Assembly: GCF_002803295.2 (NCBI RefSeq) | Contig: NZ_PGGB02000016.1 | Span: forward strand, 1 to 16,844 | Reading direction: 5' to 3' | DNA length: 16,844 nucleotides | Source: Caedibacter taeniospiralis | GTDB lineage: Bacteria; Pseudomonadota; Gammaproteobacteria; Francisellales; Francisellaceae | Part shown: positions 9,370 through 16,844 of the stretch, in pieces | How the letters are laid out: every line of letters begins with the position of its first letter | Numbering within the stretch: the stretch's first letter is position 1 | The notes under the pieces: generated by a model | The model's database searches: none | Told to the model about the DNA's origin: nothing | Seen by the model: the letters and a program-made list of their open reading frames with translations, nothing else | Made by a program: the position numbers and the translations under genes

Positions 9370-11451
9370 TCAGTGAGTGACGGCAGCATGGCTTGTTTCA
9401 CTAAGCGCCTGCTCAATGATTGCTAATGCTTGAGATAGCTCAGCGTCGCTAATATTCAGCGGACTCAGTAAACGTAGCACGTGTTTATGACTACCTGAGC
9501 TAAGTAGAATAAGACCATGGTTTAGGGCTTTACTGATAAAGCTTTTGAGTAGATCAGGATTAGGATTTTGATCACGGTCAACAAACTCAACACCGAGCAT
9601 CGCACCCAGACCACGAATTTCGCCAATGAATGAATGATTCAATTTCTGTTTGGTGAAAAAATCCCTGAATGTTTGCCCAAGTTTAAGCGCTTTGTCTGCG
9701 AGTTTCTCCTCTGCGAAAACTTCAAGTGATGCAATAGCTGCAGCACAGGTAACTGGGTTGCCTGAGTTTGTTCCTCCCAAAGAAGCAGGTGGCATGCCAT
9801 TAAACAAAGACTTTTTGACAGTCAAAGCGCTCAGTGGTAAACCAGATGCCAGAGATTTACCCATCACCAGAATGTCAGGCGCACAATGATAATACTCCAT
9901 CGCAAAAAGTTTTCCTGTGCGGCAAAAGCCACTTTGAATTTCATCGGCAATGAGCACAATACCATGTTGATCGCATAAGGTGCGTAATTATTGCATCGCT
10001 TCAATACTGGCAGGGATAAAACCGCCTTCACCAAGCTCAGGTTCAATGATAATAGCCGCAATATCACTAAATGAAACCTGGTTGATATTTAACGCCTCTA
10101 AAGCATGTTTAAAGCTTTCCAAATCACAACCTGCGTCAGGGTAAGCCAAGCGATAGATGTTATTAAACAGCTCACCAAAGCCTGCCTTATAAGGTTTAAC
10201 TTTAGCAGTCAGCGTCATGCTCATAAAAGTGCGCCCATGAAAAGCCCCATCAAAGCACACGACTGCAGAGCGTTTTGTTGCAAAGCGTGCCACTTTAATG
10301 GCATTTTCAACGGCTTCAGTGCCACTGTTGCATAGCATCGTTTGTTTTTCAAAATCACCAGGTGTCAGTTGATTAAGTTTCTCTGCAAGCCTTAAGTAAG
10401 GTTCATGAATCATGACATGAAAGCACGGCTGGATATAGCGTTTCGCTTGTTCAATAATGGCATGGACCACTTTAGGATGGTTGTGACCAATATTCATGGC
10501 TCCAATGCCAGCTGCGAAGTCAATATAAGTTTTACCACTGATATCTGTTAGTGTGGCGCCACGTGCCTTATCGACGCAAATCCTAGTGTTGTTAGCAAGT
10601 CCGGGAGGCACTTCAGTTTCGCGCAAATGCCATAAAGAATTACTGTCCATCACGTTGACATTGGTGCTTTCAAAGATTTTATCAGCAGAAGCCGCGACAA
10701 ACCCTTGATAAAGTTTACCTGTGTGATCAGGGTAGCGCTTGGCAAATTCATAATAGCAGCAAGGAATTTCTTTGGAGCCTTCAACAAATTCAACTTTGAT
10801 CGTGCCTGACTTGGTGCTGGATTGCTCCAGTAGTTCTTTTGCCGTGCCTTTAATTTCACCGCCGGAGCTGTTTAAGGCAAAGCCATGTTGCTTTAAAAAA
10901 GTATTGACTTCATGCACCTCACTGAATTGGTCAAGTGCATTAATAAACACAGTGAAGTGATTGGCGCGATAGCCAAAGACGTAAAACCATGCGGCATACT
11001 CAGACTCTGCTAACAGCTTCTGATACACGTCGTAACCTGGTTTACCCCAGCAATTACCAGAGATGAGAAGTTTTTCGGGATTATGAAGCAGTGATTGTGG
11101 GATCTGATCAATGCAGGCTTTAATAGTTTTTTGCGCAAAGGGGCTTAGCTTTTCTAGTAGCAGTTGACTAATAAAAACCTTGGGTTCCATGGGGTCATTC
11201 TGCTCATAGTGCTTAGCGAATAACTTTTTCGCTTCAAAGTGATACTGTCCTTTTTCAAGGTAGCCTTCGGCAATAAAGGGTCTGGCCAGGACATCAACGC
11301 TGATGCGAGGATCATTAATCGTGCGAAGGGCGATGTGATCGTTAATAACCGTGGCATTGTGGTCGCAAAAAAGATCATAAATCTTCTGCACATGTCGGTT
11401 AGCCGTAACATATTGCTGCCATAGCTGGTCTAAAACTGCGATTTGCGTCAT
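9370..11451 (-). pseudogene. DUF1338/HglS-like 2-oxoadipate dioxygenase-decarboxylase domain fused to a class-III (GabT-like) aminotransferase, interrupted by an in-frame TAA at 9988-9990
   Basis: N-terminal ~290 aa carry DUF1338 motifs (INDHIALRT, ANHFTV, YYEFAKR, IFEST). The rest aligns with GabT: ...[45 protein letters not shown]...MGKSLASGLP. The PLP lysine lies downstream of the stop. aggag lies 7 nt before the ATG at 11451. ORF-track pieces are 9988-11508 and 9370-9957. Confidence 0.8.
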
Positions 11452-11453
11452 CT

Positions 11454-12953
11454 TTACTCTCCTAATGAAAATTTGATTCCTTGTGCAAGGGGTAAGTCCT
11501 TGCTCCAATTCATGGTAACGGTTTGGCGACGCATGTAAGCCTTCCAGGCGTCGGAGCCAGCTTCCCGACCACCACCTGTGTGCTTCTCGCCACCAAAGGC
11601 ACCACCGATTTCAGCACCTGAAGTGCCAATATTCACGTTGGCAATGCCACAATCACTGCCAGCGTAAGATAAAAATTTCTCAGAATGATCAATGCGTTGG
11701 GTAAAAATTGCTGATGACAACCCGTGATCAACCTGGTTATTAATGGTAATGGCATGCTCAATGTCTTCAAAGGGCATCACAAATAAAATGGGGCAGAAGT
11801 TTTCCTGGTTGACAATATCCCAATCAGGTTTTACTTCAATTAAAGTCGGTTCAACATAATTACCTGGTCTATTAATGACATTGCCACCAAACAGGACTTT
11901 GCCGCCTAGTGTCTTAGCGCGAGAGATAGCCTTTTTGTAAACTTCCACAAGACCTTGATCAATCAAAGGCCCCATCAGGTTTTTAGTATCTAAAGGATCA
12001 CCGACAGTAATTTGCTTATACGCATTTTGTAAACGTTTGATAACATCCTGATATATGTTTTTATGGACAAGCAGGCGACGCAAGGAAGTACAGCGCTGTC
12101 CCGCGGTACCAACGGCACCAAAAACCACAGCAGGAATCGCCAGCTTTAAATCAGCAGAGTCATCAATAATTGCTGCATTATTGCCACCTAACTCTAAAAG
12201 CGATTTACCAAAACGCTCGGCAACACGCGCACCAACCTCGCGACCAACTGCCGTTGAACCTGTGAAGGATAATAATGCCACGCGCTTATCAGCAACAAGT
12301 GCCTTAGAAACCTCAACACTTTTGGAAACAACAGAAGTGAAAACCAAAGGAAAGTTGTGCTCTTTAGCCACGCGATCACAAATCTCCTGAATGGCTAGTG
12401 CGCAAAGTGGCGTCTTGGGCGATGGGTTCCAAACGACTGTGTTGCCACAAATTGCCGCAATGAACGCATTCCATGACCAAACGGCAACAGGGAAATTATA
12501 AGCGGAGATGACACCAACGACGCCAAGTGGATGCCATTGCTCAAACATCCGATGATCTGGGCGTTCAGAGTGCATCGTTTTGCCGTAAAGCATGCGCGCC
12601 TGACCCACCGCAAAATCTGCCATGTCGATCATCTCCTGCACTTCGCCATCGCCTTCCTGTTTTGATTTGCCCATTTCTAATGAAACAAGGCTGCCTAGCT
12701 GGTCTTTGTTTTTTCTCAACTCTTCACCAATAAGTCGCACAAGCTCAGCACGTTTAGGGGCGGGGATTTTGCGCCATTCATAAAATGCCTGTTGTGCTTC
12801 AGTAATTGTTTGCTCAAGGTGAGAGACTCCAAGGCTTGGTACCTTTGCCAGAAGCGTATTATTGGAGGGATTAAAACTCTCAATATATTCGCCTGTATTA
12901 TGTTTGGCGGCGTATTGTGTCAGCTTTTCGGTGTAGTGTGTCATACAAGTCAT
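11454..12953 (-). CDS. amaB: ALDH7-type L-2-aminoadipate-6-semialdehyde (piperideine-6-carboxylate) dehydrogenase
   Basis: Long near-collinear similarity to ALDH7A1/AmaB as recalled: [99 protein letters not shown]. ggag lies 9 nt before the ATG at 12953; the ORF track extends to a TTG at 12971. Confidence 0.9.
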   Translation of the reverse strand: MTCMTHYTEKLTQYAAKHNTGEYIESFNPSNNTLLAKVPSLGVSHLEQTITEAQQAFYEWRKIPAPKRAELVRLIGEELRKNKDQLGSLVSLEMGKSKQEGDGEVQEMIDMADFAVGQARMLYGKTMHSERPDHRMFEQWHPLGVVGVISAYNFPVAVWSWNAFIAAICGNTVVWNPSPKTPLCALAIQEICDRVAKEHNFPLVFTSVVSKSVEVSKALVADKRVALLSFTGSTAVGREVGARVAERFGKSLLELGGNNAAIIDDSADLKLAIPAVVFGAVGTAGQRCTSLRRLLVHKNIYQDVIKRLQNAYKQITVGDPLDTKNLMGPLIDQGLVEVYKKAISRAKTLGGKVLFGGNVINRPGNYVEPTLIEVKPDWDIVNQENFCPILFVMPFEDIEHAITINNQVDHGLSSAIFTQRIDHSEKFLSYAGSDCGIANVNIGTSGAEIGGAFGGEKHTGGGREAGSDAWKAYMRRQTVTMNWSKDLPLAQGIKFSLGE

Positions 12954-12974
12954 CGCACTTTTCTCCGTCAATTT

Positions 12975-13268
12975 TTAGATATATTCAGTTTTGTTGCGCC
13001 TGGTTGTGGCAACTTGCTTTGGGTCATTCATAAAACCATCCAGGAAGTTATAACGATAATATTGACCAAAACGATTGTCCATCATTTGCTGTAAAGAAAT
13101 GTTCTCTTGCTTAGCAAAGCCTGCCTTGAAATGTTTTTCCTTCAGTGGGACTAGTGTTAAGGTCCGTGCGCTGAGCCGCCACTTGACAGATTTACAAAGT
13201 GCCGAAAAATAAAATATTTGCACTTTTTGTGGTTTTTGACTGTTCAGGCATTCCAAAATGAGTCTCAC
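12975..13268 (-). CDS. Hypothetical 97-aa ORF; possibly the 3' remnant of a gene upstream of amaB
   Basis: Only positional evidence: its stop is 21 nt upstream of the amaB ATG. No recognisable motifs. Confidence 0.2.
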   Translation of the reverse strand: MRLILECLNSQKPQKVQIFYFSALCKSVKWRLSARTLTLVPLKEKHFKAGFAKQENISLQQMMDNRFGQYYRYNFLDGFMNDPKQVATTRRNKTEYI

Positions 13269-13302
13269 CTTGTATAATACACCTCATTTTACTACCGACA
13301 CT

Positions 13303-13318
13303 AGTTCTTATAAGAACT
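13303..13318. promoter_or_regulatory. Perfect 16-bp palindrome immediately upstream of tnpA
   Basis: agttctta|taagaact, ending 7 nt before the tnpA ATG. A tataat hexamer lies at 13273-13278. Confidence 0.35.
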
Positions 13319-13325
13319 TTAAACC

Positions 13326-16325
13326 ATGGATGAATCTCCAATTTTATCTGCTAAAGAAATTGTCTTTTGTATGACAAAGAAAAGTCCGTTAAACCAAATT
13401 GCATGCGCAATTATGCTAGGGTATTTTAAGATACACCTTAGATTCCCATTGTCTGATGAAGTTTTTTTACTTCTCAAGTTGTCTTCAAAAGTTGCAACTG
13501 AATTAGAGCTAGAACAACAGAATATTTTTGAGTTTGATTGGAGTAGTCGTACTGTAGAAAGATATCGCAACAATATTAGACAGCTGCTAGGCTATAGGGA
13601 AGCTACAAATGAGGACGCTTCACCATACATTAATTATTTGCAAAATGAGGTATTACCAAAATTCCCTTCCAAAGAGATTATATTAGCGCAGTCACGTTTA
13701 TATTTTAAAAGGCATAAAATTGAGCAATTCTCCGTAAAACAAATAAACCGTTATATAACTTCAGCACAGCAACAATTTGAGCAATCCTTCTTTCAAAGTA
13801 TTTTTGATAACTTAACTCCAGACGATTGTTATTTGATTGATCAAATTCTCACAACCAGTACTGAGAAAATTGAGAAGGTAAAGGGTGATGATATTATTGC
13901 CTTGGTTGATCTTAAAAAGGATATTCCTGGTGCACGGTTAAAAAATGTCAATTTAGCCATAAAAAAGATTGAGCAACTCATTAAAATAAAGCTCTCCAAA
14001 GATCTATATATCAATAAAAATCGCAAGCTTTTAATAAAGTATTATGATCGAATTATGGCTTTGGCTCCAAGCAATATACTTGAGTTTAGTACCATTGCAA
14101 AATATGCAACTATGGCGATATTTTGCCACATCAGACTACAATATATGCTCGATGATTTAACAGACACTTTTACTAAGTTAATTCATAGCATGCGAACCAA
14201 TGCTGAAAAAAGTGTGCGTGATTATGTACTTGGAGAAGTGGAACGTGTTGGCGGAAAGTTTAATATTCTAAAACAGATTGCCATGATAGCAGTGAATCAC
14301 CCTAAAGGGGTGATTGAAGATAAAATATACCCAGAAGTCTCAAAAGAGAAGTTGATAGAAATTATTGAGGATTTAGAAAAGCGAGGATCATGGTTTAATG
14401 AGCAAGTTCAAGACAAAATTAAATCAACGTATTCGCATGGTAATCGTACCGTTTTACTGGCAATTTTAAGGGCTTTATCATTTAGAGAAGAACATCTTGA
14501 CTACAAGCCAATTATTAAGGCTATTGAGTTTATTAATAAACATTGGGATTCGTCGGATACTGAAAGCTATCTAACTATGCCGCCTATTGAAAATATCATA
14601 CCAGAAATTTGGCAAGCGGCTTTGTTATCAGATGGCAAACAAAATAGTATGAATAAGTACAAATATGAGGTTATCGTCTTGGAGCAGCTTAAAGCTTTTT
14701 TAGGATATAAGGCTATTTGGATTGAAAATAGTTACCGTTACCGCAATCCAAAAGATGATCTGCCTTTGGATTTTAAAGAAAACAAGCAAAAATATCTCGA
14801 AATGCTAAATTTGCCTAATCAAGGCAATTCATTTACAAAGCAATTGAAAAAACTGCTGTCAGATAGTTTATCGAGTTTAAATACCAATATTGTGAATAAT
14901 GATAAAGTAACCATTAAATCAAGTAAGGTGAATAAAAACTTCTCCGTCAGTCCTTCAGATGCTCAAAAAGAACCACAAAATATTGTAGAGCTGCAGAAAG
15001 AAATTATTAAACGGTGGTCAAGCATTAATTTAATCGATATTTTGAAAGAGTGTGATTTATTAATCAACTTTACTCAAGAAATGGATACGATTGGTAAAAA
15101 CAGCAATATTAATGCCACTGATCTAAGAAAAAGACTTTTACTTTGCTTATATGGCATAGGTAGTAACACGGGGCTAAAAAGAATTAGTATTGCCAATGGT
15201 GATGTTAGCTATAGTGATTTGCGTTATGTAAAGAGCAGGTTTATCAATAAAATCAATGTCAGAAATGCCATTCGTGCCGTGGTGGATAAGGTGCTAGAGA
15301 TTCGAGACCCAGAAGTTTGGGGAGTTGCGACTACCTCTGTTGCCTGTGACTCAACTCAAATCAGTGCCTGGGATCAGAATTTAATGAATGAATGGCATCA
15401 TCGTTATAAAGGCAAAGGTGTGATGATTTACTGGCATGTTGATAAAAAAGCCCTCTGTATTTACTCACAACTAAAAACATGTTCTTCCTCTGAAGTGGGG
15501 TCAATGATTAAGGGCGTCATAGATCATGATACTAAAATGAACATGGATCGTGTTTTTGTAGACACTCATGGTCAGAGTGTTCTTGGGTTTGCCGTTGGGT
15601 ACATGCTTGATTTTGACTTGTTGCCAAGGTTTAAAGCTATCAATAAACAAAAGATATGTGGCGTCACTTCATCAGATAAACAAAAGTATGAAAATATATC
15701 ACTGATAATGAAAGGTACAATCAACTGGAAAATAATAGAGGAAAACTATGAAGAGGTTGTTAAACACATCATAGCCTTGAAATTAGGTATCATAGAGCCA
15801 TCTGTTTTAGTTAAGCGCTTTAGTAAAGATAACTTTAACCACCCTGTCTACAAGGCGTTGATGGAAATAGGCAAAGCTAATAAAAGTATATTCCTGTGTA
15901 AATATCTTCAAGATGAGAATCTGAGAATTGAAATTAATGAAGGTTTAAATGTTGTTGAACGCTTAAACCATGTCATGGATTTTATTTTTTATGGGAAGCT
16001 AGGAGAGCTAAAGACTAATCAGACAGATGATCAGGAACTGTCAGTGCTCTGCTTACATTTATTACAAGCTTGCATGGTGTATATCAACACTTTAATTATT
16101 CAGCAGGTATTATCAGAGCCTCATTGGAATGGAAGACTTACACCAGAAGATTACCGTGCACTTACTCCATTACTCTCAACGCATATTAATCCTTATGGCC
16201 TATTCCCGATTGATTTTAATGAGCGTTTAGCAATTTATACCAACTTACTCAAAGAGGCAGAAAATGACTACCATTCAACGAACACCTGTGAGAGAGAAAG
16301 CAAAACAGCTCTCGAAACAGCTTAA
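13326..16325 (+). CDS. tnpA: Tn3-family DDE transposase (DUF4158 N-terminal region plus DDE_Tnp_Tn3 catalytic domain)
   Basis: 999-aa intact ORF. Catalytic-region signatures are VACDSTQ, FVDTHGQS, LN.VERLNH. KGTINWKIIEENYEEV matches the family pattern KGKIN..LI.ENW. Confidence 0.9.
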   Translation: MDESPILSAKEIVFCMTKKSPLNQIACAIMLGYFKIHLRFPLSDEVFLLLKLSSKVATELELEQQNIFEFDWSSRTVERYRNNIRQLLGYREATNEDASPYINYLQNEVLPKFPSKEIILAQSRLYFKRHKIEQFSVKQINRYITSAQQQFEQSFFQSIFDNLTPDDCYLIDQILTTSTEKIEKVKGDDIIALVDLKKDIPGARLKNVNLAIKKIEQLIKIKLSKDLYINKNRKLLIKYYDRIMALAPSNILEFSTIAKYATMAIFCHIRLQYMLDDLTDTFTKLIHSMRTNAEKSVRDYVLGEVERVGGKFNILKQIAMIAVNHPKGVIEDKIYPEVSKEKLIEIIEDLEKRGSWFNEQVQDKIKSTYSHGNRTVLLAILRALSFREEHLDYKPIIKAIEFINKHWDSSDTESYLTMPPIENIIPEIWQAALLSDGKQNSMNKYKYEVIVLEQLKAFLGYKAIWIENSYRYRNPKDDLPLDFKENKQKYLEMLNLPNQGNSFTKQLKKLLSDSLSSLNTNIVNNDKVTIKSSKVNKNFSVSPSDAQKEPQNIVELQKEIIKRWSSINLIDILKECDLLINFTQEMDTIGKNSNINATDLRKRLLLCLYGIGSNTGLKRISIANGDVSYSDLRYVKSRFINKINVRNAIRAVVDKVLEIRDPEVWGVATTSVACDSTQISAWDQNLMNEWHHRYKGKGVMIYWHVDKKALCIYSQLKTCSSSEVGSMIKGVIDHDTKMNMDRVFVDTHGQSVLGFAVGYMLDFDLLPRFKAINKQKICGVTSSDKQKYENISLIMKGTINWKIIEENYEEVVKHIIALKLGIIEPSVLVKRFSKDNFNHPVYKALMEIGKANKSIFLCKYLQDENLRIEINEGLNVVERLNHVMDFIFYGKLGELKTNQTDDQELSVLCLHLLQACMVYINTLIIQQVLSEPHWNGRLTPEDYRALTPLLSTHINPYGLFPIDFNERLAIYTNLLKEAENDYHSTNTCERESKTALETA

Positions 16326-16844
16326 GCAAGAAAATCCAGATTATAATTACTTGAGGGAGCTCTTTAGGCATATACGCAAAGAACTTCATGTTGAAGTTGA
16401 TAAAGGGACGACAAACAAGCTGCCTTACGTGCCCACTGAAGAGGAGATCAGTCAATACTATAAAGTTGTGTGGCAATCAAGAAATATGAAGTATGTTGTA
16501 ATCGTTAAAACACTGCTTTATACAGGAGTAAGAGTATCTGAACTCATTAATATTAAGCTAAACGATATTGATTTGGACAGCTGCCAAATTCGTATTAATA
16601 AAGGCAAAGGCGATAAAGACAGAATAGTTCCTTTTCCAAAATCATTTATGGAAGTATTGGCTGTATGCATAAATGTTGTGGAAAGAAAATCAACTCCATC
16701 TATTGTACTGAGCTGAAAAGCTCCCATTCAGATCGTATCTGTAAAATTAGAAAAAGACTTGAATGAAGGGGCTTGAGTATCCATTTCACCTCTTGGTTAA
16801 ACTCCAGATATTTCCTTCTGACCCACTTGGATGGCATTAGTGTT
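16264..16844 (+). pseudogene. Tyrosine (phage-integrase family) site-specific recombinase, decayed by several frame disruptions
   Basis: Frame 0 gives the box I region LLYTGVRVSELINIKLNDIDLD...INKGKGDKDRIVPFP, then stops at 16716. Fragments matching the following segments switch frames: IYCTELKSSHSDRICKIRKRLE* (16683-16766, +2), EGA*VSISP (frame 0), SRYFLLTHLDGISV (+2). The start overlaps the tnpA 3' end by 62 nt. Confidence 0.7.

Larger units (their letters stand above)
13326..16844 (+). mobile_element. Tn3-family transposon or remnant (tnpA plus decayed tyrosine-recombinase gene); terminal inverted repeats not identified; runs off the window
   Basis: Gene content as above. The segment is visibly more AT-rich than the flanking housekeeping genes. 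Confidence 0.55.

Noticed and set aside
9864-10067. 67-aa ORF spanning the break in the fusion gene, which might indicate a frameshift instead of a stop
   Set aside because: It is in a different frame and has no aminotransferase-like sequence. The GabT-like alignment continues in the same frame on both sides of the TAA, so the lesion is a nonsense codon and not an indel.
7248-12733. Antisense or out-of-frame ORFs within dedA, pilZ, radA, the fusion gene and amaB (for example 7248-7517, 7784-7966, 8353-8556, 9076-9294, 9650-9889, 10105-10335, 10650-10859, 10772-10960, 11154-11411, 11239-11424, 12055-12390, 12194-12379, 12395-12613, 12527-12733)
   Set aside because: Each is nested in a much longer ORF with clear family-level similarity, and none shows motifs of its own.
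13106-13150. Candidate Tn3-type terminal inverted repeat (cttagcaaagcctgccttgaaatgtttttccttcagtggg resembles the reverse complement of GGGG...ACGCTAAG ends)
   Set aside because: The orientation is wrong for a left end of the element containing tnpA, because the TAAG end faces away from tnpA. Similarity is loose and no matching partner is in the window.
13148-13162. gactagtgttaag resembles gactagtgtcaag in the spacer elements (2175-2187, 2393-2405)
   Set aside because: It is a single 12/13 match with no flanking heptamers or core. Given the many possible comparisons it is probably chance. No heptamer arrays occur anywhere outside the rrn operon in this window.
13183-13278. Promoter for tnpA (ttgaca at 13183-13188; taaaat at 13210-13215; tataat at 13273-13278)
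   Set aside because: The hexamers are not at a workable 16-18 bp spacing from each other, so no convincing -35/-10 pair can be assembled from sequence alone.

Overview
The + strand of 223-6782 holds one complete rrn operon (16S, tRNA-Ile-GAT, tRNA-Ala-TGC, 23S, 5S). The 16S reads as gammaproteobacterial and looks Legionellales/Coxiella-like, but that placement is tentative. Downstream are dedA-pilZ-radA on the + strand. Converging on them from the - strand is a lysine-catabolism operon: an ALDH7-type aminoadipate-semialdehyde dehydrogenase, then a DUF1338/HglS::class-III aminotransferase fusion broken by an in-frame TAA. The window ends with an AT-rich Tn3-family transposase whose 3' end overlaps a decayed tyrosine recombinase. 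The main result is the rrn operon. Its 23S gene is about 4.07 kb instead of about 2.9 kb, and the 16S gene is also interrupted. At least eight sites carry one family of hairpin elements: 16S helix 6, three spacer sites, and 23S helices 9, 25, 45 and 98. Their stems are tandem 7-nt units CTAGAAA/CTAGAGA/CTAGATA paired with the complementary TTTCTAG/TCTCTAG/TATCTAG units. These arms enclose either a conserved ~65-nt multi-hairpin core, present in both orientations, or at helix 45 an intact ORF of the four-helix-bundle '23S rRNA IVS protein' family. Matching heptamer sequences also flank the two spacer tRNAs. Two further 23S insertions lack the heptamers. One is a ~100-nt hairpin at helix 63. The other is a 301-nt stem-bounded insert at the helix 68 tip carrying a small GIY-YIG nuclease ORF, frameshifted at a T5 run. 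Helix numbers and E. coli positions come from by-eye alignment to the E. coli rRNA sequences recalled from memory. No group I introns, CRISPR arrays or recognisable defence genes were seen.
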